This document shows positions 23,657 through 34,611 of a stretch of 64,000 bases of DNA, in pieces; within the stretch, counting starts at the first letter, position 1, and each line of letters starts with the position of its first letter. This DNA is from a virus. The notes beneath the pieces are model-generated. The model was not told where the DNA came from, made no database searches, and saw only the letters and a program-made list of their open reading frames with translations. Location of the stretch: positions 1 to 64,000 of the IMG/VR virus record IMGVR_UViG_3300021962_000046. The stretch is one strand, 5' to 3'. A program made the translations under genes and the position numbers.

Positions 23657-26600
23657 ATGCCTTTTACTTGGGAAATAACAAAAGGAAATTTACCAGCTGG
23701 ATTATCACTAGATCCAAATACTGGTGTAGTTTCTGGAATTCCTACAGAAGAACTTGTTTATACAAGTGTTACCGTAAAAGTAAGTGACGGATTTAGTTCT
23801 TCAGAAAGAGAACTTTATTTTGGTTCTTCTCCTAATGAAAAACCATATACGGCAGGGACATTGTTGGATTGGTACGATCCATATGGTTTATTGGAATTAA
23901 GTAATGGAACTGCTGTATCGTCTTGGTCTGACTTCGGATTGAGAAACAAAGATATAAAACAGTCAGTTTCTTCATTGATGCCAAGTGTTTCTTTGACATC
24001 GGGAAATCTTCCAACAATATTGTCATCTGGTGATGATTATCTTTTATCAGATGGAACAGTAAATCATCAACCATATAAGCAAACAACATTGATAATTTGG
24101 GCAAAACCAACCGTAACAAACAACAATAACAGATTTTTATCTTTGTCGTCTGCCAATTCGTTTGGTGATTCATTTGGCGAAATAGGTCAATCTGCTGCTG
24201 GGCAAGCTGGAACATTTACAAGATTTTTCAAGGGAAGTCCTGTAACCAGTCAATCAACAATATTTTCAAATGATAATTTCTCACTAAACAATTGGTATTT
24301 TTATGCAGTAGTTATCAACCCAGACGATTCACAAGGCTATAAAGTAAGATGTTATCGTGACAATGGTGTTGCTGGATCAAATGTAGTTACACTAGAGGCA
24401 TACTCAACAACATTAACTGATTTTACAGAAGTAGACTCACAATTTATAGGTATGCTTGCATCCTTTGATAGTTCTTCTATAGTAAAAAACTTCTTTACAG
24501 GATATGCTGCCGGATCTCACATTTATGGTAGTGCCTTAACAATAAATCAGTTGCAAGAATTAAGAAACAACACAAATCCACAAACAAGAAAAGCTGGATA
24601 CAATGTGTTTACACTAGAATCTAGTGGTGCTGGAGATACTAAGACAATAAATTTAAATGGCACAGCAAGAAAAATAGATTGGGGTGACGGAACATATACA
24701 GAAGGATTTTTAAATGATAGTATAAGTCACACATATAATACAAAAGACTTTTACAATGTAACAGTATATCCTTGGGATCATTATTTCACAGGCGTTGATG
24801 TAAATGGACAAAATGTTCAAAGATGGCTTTATATTCCTGAATATTCTACCAATATGGATTTAAGAAACAATAGTCTTGATGTCTTTCAAACAAGCAATAT
24901 ATTAACTCAAGTTTACAACTATGCGTCTGCATACAATATAAGAAATGGAACATTAAGGTTAGAAGGCCAAAATCCAACTGCAATACCAAACACGGATGGG
25001 CAAAAAGCATGGTATAAGCTTGTAAATCAATATGGCTGGAATGTTACTGCGGATGGTCCACAACCAACATTAGAATTACTTTCATTTACTATCAGTCCGT
25101 CTTTAAACCAAGTAGCTAGAATTGTTCTTAATGGATATGTAGGTCAAATAGATTGGGGAGATGGAGTAGTTACCAATTGTTTTGGTTATTTTAATTATTT
25201 TACTTTTATTCACACATATGAACAATCATACCAAAACATAGTTGTTTCAATAATTGGAGAAATGACATATTTTGAGTGTTCCAACAATTTAAATATTTTA
25301 AATGTTATTTCAGCAAATCCTTCTCTTCAAACCTTTTATATTACTTCTTCATCAATATCAAGCTTTAATTTCACGCTACCAAATCTACAAGAATTATTTT
25401 TAATAAATTGCAGTATTTCATCTTTAAATCTACAACAATTTCCAAATTTAATAACTTTAAGCTTGTACAACAGTCCAACAGTAACCAGTATGACATTCGG
25501 TCAATTCAACCTGTTTCAAACAATTGCTTTAGTAGGATGTTCTATAAATCAATCTACTATAGATTCTTTACTGATCGGTTTAGCGCAAACAAGTAGCAAC
25601 AATATATTAGAACTAAGATTAGACAGAGGAAGCGGTCTTTCTGGCACAAATTCAGCACCAAGCTCTACCGGATTGGCAGCAGCTAATACCATAGCTTGTC
25701 GTGGAATAATAGAAACTTTTACTATATGGAATGGAACACAAAATGTGAATGTCGAATGTGTTAATCCATCGACCACAACCACAACATCAACAACATCGAC
25801 AACAACCACAGAAGCTCCATGCATAAATGTTGTAAGTGCAGAAAGAATAAATTACTCATCATCTGTCTGTTCAAATTTATACTGGAGTAATACTCAACTT
25901 GGTCCACTAGGAGTCCCAGTATATGGAACAATGTCTTTTACTGTTGAAGAAAGTTCAACTTTATATTACACAATAAATTCAAATATACAAGTGTATAATG
26001 GAATTAATTTAAAACTTAACAATAATACTATAAGAAATTTTCCTGGTAGTACTTCCTTCGCATTTGGACAACTAAATGTATCTTATAATGACTTAATATC
26101 AGTAGAATGTTATGTACAAGCAAATAGTGCCATTAGTGCAGGCGAAATAAACGGAACTTTCAACACAGTATTTTTACCAACAACAACGACATTGCCTCCA
26201 CCAGAAACAACTGTTTTATCAAACATAAGTGCAAGTGTGACTGGAAGTGTTGCTCTTCCACCTAATGGTACTTCAACACCATTTCAAATTCAATTCACAG
26301 CACCAGATAATACAGTTAGTTTGGGATATGCATCGCTTACTTTGGCTTTAGTTGCAACATCAAATATTACTCCAACAACATACTTGTCAATAGGATTATC
26401 TTTTGTTCAAAATCCTAGTGAAAGTGATTGGAATGATTATGAGATAAACAGCGTTGGCAATGTTACAGCAGGAACTCCTTTTACAGCAACAATACCTTTA
26501 TCAGAAGAAGTAACATTTGTGCCAAGAAAACCAATGAGTGGAGTAAATTACATCAACATAAGATCAACAAGAATATTCTTCCCAGTAGTACCAACATTCT

Positions 26601-27577
26601 CTTGGTGCTATAACGCATCAGCAAATCCAAGTGGCATATGGACATTTGATCAATATAATAATTTCTCCATAGGAAAAGGGTTGTTTACAATAAATGTTTA
26701 CCTTCAAGGTAGCACAACTACAACTACAAGTACTACAAGCACAACAACTACAACAACTCCTAGGCCAGCCATATCAGTTTTAGCGAATTCAAATTGGAAT
26801 TATACACAACAAAATGCACAAACCATTCAAATATCAAACCAAGCACTTTCTGGTAATTCATGCAACTTAGAATTAGGCCTGTCGAATAGTGGAACGCTTT
26901 ATTTCAACATATTCAACAATGCTTCTGGAAACAACTATATTTCTCTATTTAAAAATGGAGAAAGCTACGGAAATTCAATAGCCCCAGGATCAAACTTAAC
27001 ATCATCAACACCAATGCAACTTGGAGATAGATTTGAAATAGTTGGAAATACTCTATTAGACCCTAGCACTCCAGCTGGATCTTTCTCAGGAACTCTTTCT
27101 ACATATCCAATACCTTCACTATCTTTCAATGGTATTAATTTTTACAATTCTATTTTTGCATCATTGCAAAATGAAAACAAAGAATATTCAAACTATGAAG
27201 TTTTAGATGTTTTCTATATGCAGTTTGAAACAACAGAAAACATAAAAATAAAATCTATAAAAATAAAATTAGATTTTATAAAAAATCAAAATAATCTTAT
27301 GCAAATGAGTTTTTCAACAAACGGAATAGAATGGATTGGTTCAACAGGCAAAAAAACAAATGATGGAATGTATGAATTTGACATATCAAATTTAAATCTT
27401 TCTGTAAATTCAATAAATACTTTGGGTATAAAAAATCCCTTAAAAGACAGGCAAGAAATACTTGTTTATACAAATCAAACAGGTAATTTCAATGGGATTT
27501 GGAGATACATTCAAGCTTTGAATTTGCAAGGAGATCCTATTTTTATACTAAATGTTGAGGGCGAAACAAATGGCTAA
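23657..27577 (+). CDS. Modular virion/surface protein: partial He_PIG, LamG-like, PKD x2, LRR, beta repeats (smaller paralog of the giant ORF)
   Basis: FTWEITKGNLPAGLSLDPNTGVVSGIP; LLDWYD; IDWGDG twice; LQELFLINC; Thr tracts. SD AGGAG. Confidence 0.8.
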   Translation: MPFTWEITKGNLPAGLSLDPNTGVVSGIPTEELVYTSVTVKVSDGFSSSERELYFGSSPNEKPYTAGTLLDWYDPYGLLELSNGTAVSSWSDFGLRNKDIKQSVSSLMPSVSLTSGNLPTILSSGDDYLLSDGTVNHQPYKQTTLIIWAKPTVTNNNNRFLSLSSANSFGDSFGEIGQSAAGQAGTFTRFFKGSPVTSQSTIFSNDNFSLNNWYFYAVVINPDDSQGYKVRCYRDNGVAGSNVVTLEAYSTTLTDFTEVDSQFIGMLASFDSSSIVKNFFTGYAAGSHIYGSALTINQLQELRNNTNPQTRKAGYNVFTLESSGAGDTKTINLNGTARKIDWGDGTYTEGFLNDSISHTYNTKDFYNVTVYPWDHYFTGVDVNGQNVQRWLYIPEYSTNMDLRNNSLDVFQTSNILTQVYNYASAYNIRNGTLRLEGQNPTAIPNTDGQKAWYKLVNQYGWNVTADGPQPTLELLSFTISPSLNQVARIVLNGYVGQIDWGDGVVTNCFGYFNYFTFIHTYEQSYQNIVVSIIGEMTYFECSNNLNILNVISANPSLQTFYITSSSISSFNFTLPNLQELFLINCSISSLNLQQFPNLITLSLYNSPTVTSMTFGQFNLFQTIALVGCSINQSTIDSLLIGLAQTSSNNILELRLDRGSGLSGTNSAPSSTGLAAANTIACRGIIETFTIWNGTQNVNVECVNPSTTTTTSTTSTTTTEAPCINVVSAERINYSSSVCSNLYWSNTQLGPLGVPVYGTMSFTVEESSTLYYTINSNIQVYNGINLKLNNNTIRNFPGSTSFAFGQLNVSYNDLISVECYVQANSAISAGEINGTFNTVFLPTTTTLPPPETTVLSNISASVTGSVALPPNGTSTPFQIQFTAPDNTVSLGYASLTLALVATSNITPTTYLSIGLSFVQNPSESDWNDYEINSVGNVTAGTPFTATIPLSEEVTFVPRKPMSGVNYINIRSTRIFFPVVPTFSWCYNASANPSGIWTFDQYNNFSIGKGLFTINVYLQGSTTTTTSTTSTTTTTTPRPAISVLANSNWNYTQQNAQTIQISNQALSGNSCNLELGLSNSGTLYFNIFNNASGNNYISLFKNGESYGNSIAPGSNLTSSTPMQLGDRFEIVGNTLLDPSTPAGSFSGTLSTYPIPSLSFNGINFYNSIFASLQNENKEYSNYEVLDVFYMQFETTENIKIKSIKIKLDFIKNQNNLMQMSFSTNGIEWIGSTGKKTNDGMYEFDISNLNLSVNSINTLGIKNPLKDRQEILVYTNQTGNFNGIWRYIQALNLQGDPIFILNVEGETNG

Positions 27578-28196
27578 TATTCTTCTACAATCTGAAGGTT
27601 ATGCCCCAACAACAGAGATTACACCTAGTGGATGGCAACCTGGATCAATACCACCTGAATGGTATTCCTTATTGTCAGCTGGTAGAATCCAGCAATATTA
27701 TAATTTTTCCCCTATCCAACCAAATGGCATACCAAATGGTTTTGATTCCCTCATTAGTGAAAAAGTAAGCGGAAATTACATAGCTCCAGGAAATGGAAGC
27801 ATTGATTTAACATTTATAAACACAGGAACAGAAACGGCAAATGGCAGTCCAATATGCAAAGTCTGGAAAACTGCTGATTTTTCAACTTTTACATCATTGT
27901 CAGACTACTTGACCATAAATAATGTAAATCTTCCTTCAAACACAAATGTTGTTTGTTCAATAGCATGGCCAATTCAAACGCCAATAGCTATGAATAACGA
28001 ATATTTGTTGTTTCAGATTATATGGAAAAACAATTTTGCAAGCGCAGAACAAATACCAAATGCATTGATAAAATTAGTAACAGGATCAACAAGCAAGATA
28101 ACAACATTAAATGATCCCACAATACCTGTCCAAGCACTTGACCTTGGAGAAAACAGAGTGTTGGTATTACAGTTTGGACAATTTTTATCAACATAA
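27570..28196 (+). CDS. Stand-alone copy of a domain also embedded in the giant ORF
   Basis: NNEYLLFQIIW here versus NNEYLFFTVAW at about 17935-17970. Start moved to the ATG at 27570 (SD GAGGG), which overlaps the upstream stop. Confidence 0.65.
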   Translation: MANILLQSEGYAPTTEITPSGWQPGSIPPEWYSLLSAGRIQQYYNFSPIQPNGIPNGFDSLISEKVSGNYIAPGNGSIDLTFINTGTETANGSPICKVWKTADFSTFTSLSDYLTINNVNLPSNTNVVCSIAWPIQTPIAMNNEYLLFQIIWKNNFASAEQIPNALIKLVTGSTSKITTLNDPTIPVQALDLGENRVLVLQFGQFLST

Positions 28197-28227
28197 TAAA
28201 TAATTTAAAGGTTATTTTAGGAGAGAT

Positions 28228-30378
28228 ATGGCAGTACAACAAGTAACAATAGCACAATTAGCATCGGGAACACCAGCGAATACCGATGCCGTAATTTTTG
28301 CAGATAGCACAGGAACTGCTTATCAAACCCAAGCTTGGAACTTGGTTAGACAAGGACTTGTTCCACCAAATTCTTCAACACCTGTAGACATAACTATTGC
28401 TGCCCAACAAAGCACAACAAGTGGTGCAGCTGGTGGCAACATAAATCTTAAATTTTCAAATAATTCAGCAGTAAACATTCGAAATCAAGCAAATAGTACT
28501 GTGTTTAGCTTCACAGGATCTGGCTTTGTAGCACCGGGTCAGTTCTCCATGAACAGCACAGTTGCAGATTTCCAAAATCAAATAGCTCTAAATGCAACAG
28601 AAGTATCCCCCGTAGGTTCCTCCAGCGAGGTATATGTTGGAGATAACAATATAATTTATTTGCAACCAAGTCAGGATTTTAATTTACTTGGAATAAGCAC
28701 AGCACAAGAAGCATCTGTTTTAAACGGAACATTCCTGACCATCAAGAATAATAGCAATTTCAATGTTACACTTAAAGATAATTCATCAGCAAATCCAACA
28801 AATAAATTGGTCATAGGAAGTGACTATCAATTACAAGAAGGAAGCGCAATCCATCTTGTTTATACACAATCTTCTGGTGGTTGGGGTCTTTTTGCTCCAG
28901 AACAACAAATATTACCTTTGACATCTGGTAATGTTGCACCTATTATCGGCAACGATTTAAACAACAACCTTCGTTATTCAAACAATTTTTATCTAGAAAA
29001 CAATGGTGTATACGAAGGAATCCTTTGGAATAGCGGTCAAGGAGGATTAACAAAAAATTTATCCACGGAAGATGTTTCGATTTCAGCAAGTTATTTGACA
29101 TTAAATGCAAATGCTGGATATGTTCCAAGCTTAAATTTTGTTCAAAACACAAGTCAAGTAACAATACAAGCATCACAAACAGGATCTTCTGGGAATTACA
29201 CACTAACATTACCAGAATCTTTTGCATCACAAAGTGGATTTGCACTAGTTGGAAGCACAAGTGGAAAACTATCATGGGCTAATGCTGCTGGCATTTATCA
29301 GATAATAAACTCGCCAACAGCATCTGGTGTTGTAGCAAGTGGTTATTTGGCTTACGCTTCAAGTACAAATAATGAAAAAGCACTTGTTAGTGATGTTGTT
29401 AAAGTCGGCTTAATTCAATCAAATACGAATGTCAAAAACGATTTAACAATAAAGCCTTCTAATGTTACAAGTGGAAATGTAGGATCTGATTTGATACTAC
29501 AACTTGCAACAGGAACATCTGCTTATGGAAACTTGAATATTTCTACACAAATAAGTGGAAATTTAATTCAAAAAATAAATGATAAAACCATAACAAATTA
29601 TGTTCCTACTGTAGAAAACAATCAGACAATAACACAGGTTTCATCTGGTAACTTATGGTCAACATATCCATTAATTACCATCGCTTCTGGGTTGCCTAAT
29701 TTAAAGATTTCATCTTTTACAAGTTCGGGAAGTGCATCAGCATTTGAAGGTCAAATATTAACAGTAAGAAACTCTTCTGCCAATTATTTTGAATGTGTTG
29801 AAGATGCAAGTGTTCTTGTTGGTGGCATTTCAGTTCCAGACAGCGCACCAAGCATTATTTTAGCACCAAACTCTGTGAATAAATTTCAATATATTAGCAA
29901 TAAGTGGAATTTAATAGGTGATTATAATTATACACCTAATGCAAGAATAATATTGGCATCAGGATTTACAACATCATCAAATTCTGCTGATATAAACAAT
30001 TTGATTCTAGCCAGCGGAAGCACTTTACTTGGAACTGGTCTTGAATTACTTTCGGGTGGAAGAGGATTCCAAAATGTTGCTGGCAAGCCTTTGACATACA
30101 AGCTTGGTTATACAGTATCATTTGGTATTGGTGGAGATCTAAACTATAGAACAGCAGCATTAAACCTAAATGGCCTTGGTTCAACAATGGTTGCTGCTAG
30201 CATGGTTTCAATACCACAAACTGGCAACAATGGACTTTCATTATCAGCAGAAACAATTTACACTCTACAATCTGGAAATTCGTTTGTACTAAATGTATCG
30301 CAATTCACAGGAACATTCCCTGTGGAATCATCTTCCAATCGTGGCGTAACACAAATGTATGCGGAATTGCTAAAATAA
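28228..30378 (+). CDS. Tail-fibre-like protein with internal duplication and C1q-like tip
   Basis: VTIAQL...DAVIF N-terminus; YTLTLP...SGKLSW shaft motif; collinear paralog of the 30388 ORF. SD AGGAG. Confidence 0.65.
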   Translation: MAVQQVTIAQLASGTPANTDAVIFADSTGTAYQTQAWNLVRQGLVPPNSSTPVDITIAAQQSTTSGAAGGNINLKFSNNSAVNIRNQANSTVFSFTGSGFVAPGQFSMNSTVADFQNQIALNATEVSPVGSSSEVYVGDNNIIYLQPSQDFNLLGISTAQEASVLNGTFLTIKNNSNFNVTLKDNSSANPTNKLVIGSDYQLQEGSAIHLVYTQSSGGWGLFAPEQQILPLTSGNVAPIIGNDLNNNLRYSNNFYLENNGVYEGILWNSGQGGLTKNLSTEDVSISASYLTLNANAGYVPSLNFVQNTSQVTIQASQTGSSGNYTLTLPESFASQSGFALVGSTSGKLSWANAAGIYQIINSPTASGVVASGYLAYASSTNNEKALVSDVVKVGLIQSNTNVKNDLTIKPSNVTSGNVGSDLILQLATGTSAYGNLNISTQISGNLIQKINDKTITNYVPTVENNQTITQVSSGNLWSTYPLITIASGLPNLKISSFTSSGSASAFEGQILTVRNSSANYFECVEDASVLVGGISVPDSAPSIILAPNSVNKFQYISNKWNLIGDYNYTPNARIILASGFTTSSNSADINNLILASGSTLLGTGLELLSGGRGFQNVAGKPLTYKLGYTVSFGIGGDLNYRTAALNLNGLGSTMVAASMVSIPQTGNNGLSLSAETIYTLQSGNSFVLNVSQFTGTFPVESSSNRGVTQMYAELLK

Positions 30379-30387
30379 AGGAAATCC

Positions 30388-32925
30388 ATGCCAAAGATAA
30401 CAGAACTACCGCAAAACATACCATCAAATCAAGATTTAGTTTTAATTCAAAAGCCAACTTCTGGATTTCCTAATAAATCTGATGTTTGGAATTTTGTTAA
30501 AAATAATTTAATACCAATAAATTCTGATTCTCCACAAGACACAACCATTGCAGCACAAGGTGGAGTATCTGGAACTATAGGCAAGAATTTAAATTTAAAA
30601 TTATCAACCAACAAAAAAATAAGTATTATTGATCAAAATAACAATGAAGTTGCTTATTTTGATGCCACCACATTTGATTTTACAAATGTATTTACAAGTA
30701 CTGAGAATTATGCAAGGTTTCAAAATCAAATGAAAGTAAACCTTGATTTTAGAAATTATACATCATCACCACAAACATTAGTTGCAAATAAAAATAATTT
30801 TATAATTATAAATACAAACCAAGATCTCACAATAACAAATATATTAACAGATCAAGGAAATAGCATTGCAGATGGAACATTTGTTTTCATTAAAAACGAA
30901 AGTTCTTTCAACATATCATTATCCACTACAAACTTTAATTCTTCCATACCACACACAATTCCATCGTCTGATATTGCGTTATGCGTATGGCGCACTTCTG
31001 TTACAAAATGGGAGGTGTGTGATTACAAAATAAATGTTCAACCAAATATTGGTGTCAATAAACAAAAATTATCAATTGTTGGAAACAATAGTGGATTTAT
31101 AAATGAATCTTTTTATACAAATATTTCTTATCCATTAAATTCTGGGAATACATGGACAGAATATCTTGGTTTTCCTTACGAAACATTATCAACTTTTATT
31201 TTAAGAAACGATACCAATTCTTCACCAAATAAAGGACAAAGAATAAACATATCTTTAACGAATACTATTGGCTCTTCAGATATAGCAGGAGGTATTTATA
31301 GAGCAACAACTGATGGTACACTTAACTTTCAATCAGATCTTACATCAAAGCCAACATACAATTATTTGCAAGTGTTTATAAATGGAAGTTTTTATACTTC
31401 AAAGCAAGGTGGTCAAATATTATCTGGCAGTATAGCTTTTTCCAGCGGAAGTCTTTTTGATATTAGATTTAGGACACTCTCTGGTACATTAACACCTCCA
31501 TTAACAGCATTTGTAGAAAATTTAACGCCTGTATCACCACCCGGAATACAAGCAGCAAATCAAAGCCAACCAACACAAACATCTGTTTTAAAATTAAACA
31601 GAATCAACCTAAATGATTCAATAACACTAGAATCTCAAAACAACAGCAATATAAAAACAGGTTTAAAAATTGACAATTTAAACTCATCATATAATTTATA
31701 TTTGCCAGCACAACTTCCTACAGTAAATAATCAAATTATAACAACAGATGGAACAGGCAATTTATCATATAAAACTGTTGACATCTACACAATTAACAAC
31801 AATACTCAAGCTTCACCAATAAGTAGTGGTTTTATTGCAATAGATGTGGGAAATGGCAATGAAAAAGCATCTATTGAAAATATTGTAAAAACATCAGTAA
31901 ACAGTCAAGATTCTTATTTGGCAAACGACCTGTTGATTAGACCATCAAATAATAGTTCTGGCTTGGCCTCTGATTTTGTTTTGATGCAATCTACTGGAAC
32001 AAGTGGCAATGGACAAATTAGCGTAAATGCATCTGGAACTCTGGTTAACTATAACGAAAGAACTATTACACAATATGTGCCAAAAGTAGAAAACATACAA
32101 TTTGCCAACATAACAACAGCATCTGGGACAGTTAGCTGGGGATCTTATGATTCTGTTGTTATAGCAAGCGGTTTAAACCAAGCAAATATTGCAAGTTTTG
32201 GATCTGGAATAGAAGGTCAAAATTTACTTGTAACAAACAAATCAACAAGTTCATTTTCTCTATCTGACGATGGCAGTACTGGTGGAATACTAATTCCTGC
32301 AAATCTTCCAAATATAGTCTTGCATCCAAATACTTCTATTGAATTTACTTATACAAATAACAAATGGAGAGCAAGCAATTTACCACCAAGAAAATCTTAC
32401 TTAAAGATGGATTTAACTAATTTCACTCAAGCTACGGGTATTCCAACAAAAATTCAAAATCTGAACATTTCCGATGGTGGAACATTTGGAACAGGATTGT
32501 CTTTTGATTCTGTAAATAACAGATTAATAAATGTTGCCGAAAAACCCTTGTCTTTTAAAACATGTTGGAATATGCGTTTTGGATATGGGTCACCAACTAC
32601 TGCAACTTTGCCTTCAGCTGTAGCTGCTGAAAGAACTTGTTATGTTGCAATAAACGATAATGTTAATTCAGGAATGATCGCTGGTAGTTCTAAGTCTATG
32701 TGCAAAAATAGATTCAACAATGACACAACACAAACTATGTGCAACACAGGTGCTGGTATATTTACTTTGAATAGTGGACAATATGTTTCATTGTATGCTA
32801 TTGCTCCATATGATGGAGTTGGTCCAGCCAGCGGATTTTTGACAAGTAGAATAACACCGGGAGAAAATCTTCCTAATTCCTCCCGGTTTGCATCTTCAGC
32901 TTGGTGTATTGAACTTTTAAGCTAA
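30388..32925 (+). CDS. Tail-fibre-like protein, paralog of 28228..30378 with an extra inserted module
   Basis: MPKITEL N-terminus; YNLYLP...TDGTGNLSY; NVAEKPLSFK versus NVAGKPLTYK. Confidence 0.65.
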   Translation: MPKITELPQNIPSNQDLVLIQKPTSGFPNKSDVWNFVKNNLIPINSDSPQDTTIAAQGGVSGTIGKNLNLKLSTNKKISIIDQNNNEVAYFDATTFDFTNVFTSTENYARFQNQMKVNLDFRNYTSSPQTLVANKNNFIIINTNQDLTITNILTDQGNSIADGTFVFIKNESSFNISLSTTNFNSSIPHTIPSSDIALCVWRTSVTKWEVCDYKINVQPNIGVNKQKLSIVGNNSGFINESFYTNISYPLNSGNTWTEYLGFPYETLSTFILRNDTNSSPNKGQRINISLTNTIGSSDIAGGIYRATTDGTLNFQSDLTSKPTYNYLQVFINGSFYTSKQGGQILSGSIAFSSGSLFDIRFRTLSGTLTPPLTAFVENLTPVSPPGIQAANQSQPTQTSVLKLNRINLNDSITLESQNNSNIKTGLKIDNLNSSYNLYLPAQLPTVNNQIITTDGTGNLSYKTVDIYTINNNTQASPISSGFIAIDVGNGNEKASIENIVKTSVNSQDSYLANDLLIRPSNNSSGLASDFVLMQSTGTSGNGQISVNASGTLVNYNERTITQYVPKVENIQFANITTASGTVSWGSYDSVVIASGLNQANIASFGSGIEGQNLLVTNKSTSSFSLSDDGSTGGILIPANLPNIVLHPNTSIEFTYTNNKWRASNLPPRKSYLKMDLTNFTQATGIPTKIQNLNISDGGTFGTGLSFDSVNNRLINVAEKPLSFKTCWNMRFGYGSPTTATLPSAVAAERTCYVAINDNVNSGMIAGSSKSMCKNRFNNDTTQTMCNTGAGIFTLNSGQYVSLYAIAPYDGVGPASGFLTSRITPGENLPNSSRFASSAWCIELLS

Positions 32926-33579
32926 GTTTTCAGAATACACTTTCATTTTATTGAAAATATCTTCGAAATCATTTCTGATAAAGAATGTTGTTCCAACACC
33001 ACTCTTTATTTCAACAGTTTTATAATTTGCTGGAACTACGATCTTATCGTAACTGCACATGCTGACTTCATTTGAATCATGAATGATTACAAAAGGAATG
33101 TTGTTAGCCAATGCTGTATTGGCCAAATCTCCGTTTATAAAAATTGCCGAATCTACGAAAACAACATCAGGATTTTCTGAAGAATATAATGCTTGTGCAT
33201 AACTCTGTAATTCAGAAAGATAAGAAGCATCTACTTTTTCTGGATCTTTCTTTTCAACAATCTGATATTTTACCGCTTCTGATATTGTGTCAGAAACCAC
33301 CCAAAGAACAGAATTCCAATTAGGCAATACTTGCAAAATATTCTTGAAAAAATCGTAATAACTTGGCTGCATGAAATTAGACAAAGCCTCAACGCTTACG
33401 ACTTTGCTGCATTTATCAGCGAAAAACTTAGTCGAATAACCTAGTCCCCATTCCAACAAATTGTTTGGAACATAGAATTTAAAAAATTCTGCCATATGGG
33501 GCAAATGATCTGTATAACGAGTGAATTTTATAATATTTTCATAAACAAAATCTTCTATTTTTTCGAGTTTATCAGTCAT
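32917..33579 (-). CDS. Class I SAM-dependent methyltransferase-like protein (glycan-modifying type)
   Basis: LLEWGLGYST motif I-like, VVSVE, DVVFVD, IIHD pattern. SD GGAGA. Confidence 0.6.
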   Translation of the reverse strand: MTDKLEKIEDFVYENIIKFTRYTDHLPHMAEFFKFYVPNNLLEWGLGYSTKFFADKCSKVVSVEALSNFMQPSYYDFFKNILQVLPNWNSVLWVVSDTISEAVKYQIVEKKDPEKVDASYLSELQSYAQALYSSENPDVVFVDSAIFINGDLANTALANNIPFVIIHDSNEVSMCSYDKIVVPANYKTVEIKSGVGTTFFIRNDFEDIFNKMKVYSENLA

Positions 33580-33593
33580 GTTTTCTCCAAATT

Positions 33594-33623
33594 AAAAAGG
33601 CGCACCCCCTATTGGATGCGCCT
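33594..33623 (-). terminator. Probable intrinsic terminator
   Basis: AGGCGCA..TGCGCCT stem followed by a T run on the minus strand, just after the 33632 stop. Confidence 0.55.
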
Positions 33624-33631
33624 AAAAATGA

Positions 33632-34510
33632 TTAATTAGACCAAACAGGCTCATCAGTTAGATGCTTGTATTTTTCAAAGCCATCTGGATGAACTTCCAA
33701 AAATCTAACTTTGGCTCTTTCTACAAAGTTTTCTGGCTGATTTCTCTTGAACCAGTTACAAACTGTGTTTGGATTCTTGCCAGTTTCATAATAAGCAACT
33801 AGATAATTATAAATCTTGTCAATAATATCAAGCCTGTAGGTGATTGGCTTGCTTCTTAGGAAGCGATGAATCCATCCCAAAGCAGAATGAAGCATCACCT
33901 TTCCACCATTTCTCCTAACAAGCTCATGGACATATCCTTCCTCACCAGCAAAGCCTGAGAAATTAGGACTAAATCCAGGCCAATATTCTTTTTTCATCAA
34001 GAACATTGCGGTTCCATGCATGGGAATTTCTGAAACTGCTGGTAGTGGCCTGCGTGTATCCCAAATGCCGTAGAAATCTCCACGCCACTTTGGTTCCATA
34101 TGAGTAGCAATGACATCTTTGTTTTCATTGAGCAACGGGCCACACCACATATCCTTGCCAATAAAATTACCATTAATTCCATTCATAATATAATCAATTG
34201 CACCAGGTTGCAAAATAACATGGCTATCAAGCAAAAGAACATATTCACCATCTGCATTTTCAAAAACGCTATTTTTGGCGTGTGCTGGACCTTTTTCTTT
34301 TGGACAATGAACATACTTTGATCCAGAAAGACCACAAAGTTGTTCCAAAGATTCTGTTTTCTTTGGAAGGTCATCACACATTAACAATTGAATTTCTGGC
34401 TTTTCTCTTGAATTTCCTGTATGATACATTCTGAGACAAGATGCTGTCCAAAAGGCACCTTCGATATCATCATGACAAGCCCAACCAATAGTTAATTTAT
34501 ATTTAGACAT
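33632..34510 (-). CDS. GT-A fold glycosyltransferase (GT2-like) with polypeptide-GalNAc-transferase-like motifs
   Basis: LLMCDD, GPAHAKN, GEYVLLLDSH (DxH), GFAGEE, GGKV...IHRF...PITY. Confidence 0.8.
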   Translation of the reverse strand: MSKYKLTIGWACHDDIEGAFWTASCLRMYHTGNSREKPEIQLLMCDDLPKKTESLEQLCGLSGSKYVHCPKEKGPAHAKNSVFENADGEYVLLLDSHVILQPGAIDYIMNGINGNFIGKDMWCGPLLNENKDVIATHMEPKWRGDFYGIWDTRRPLPAVSEIPMHGTAMFLMKKEYWPGFSPNFSGFAGEEGYVHELVRRNGGKVMLHSALGWIHRFLRSKPITYRLDIIDKIYNYLVAYYETGKNPNTVCNWFKRNQPENFVERAKVRFLEVHPDGFEKYKHLTDEPVWSN

Positions 34511-34611
34511 TTGTTTCTCCTATATGTTGGTGTGACTATGCACACATTTTCTTTGAAAATATTATAGCGTCAAAACTATAATAAAAAAAAGACTTAATAG
34601 GAAATATTTAA

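Noticed and set aside
4194-32925. Diversity-generating retroelement acting on fibre genes
   Set aside because: No reverse transcriptase and no near-identical TR/VR pair noticed in the window.
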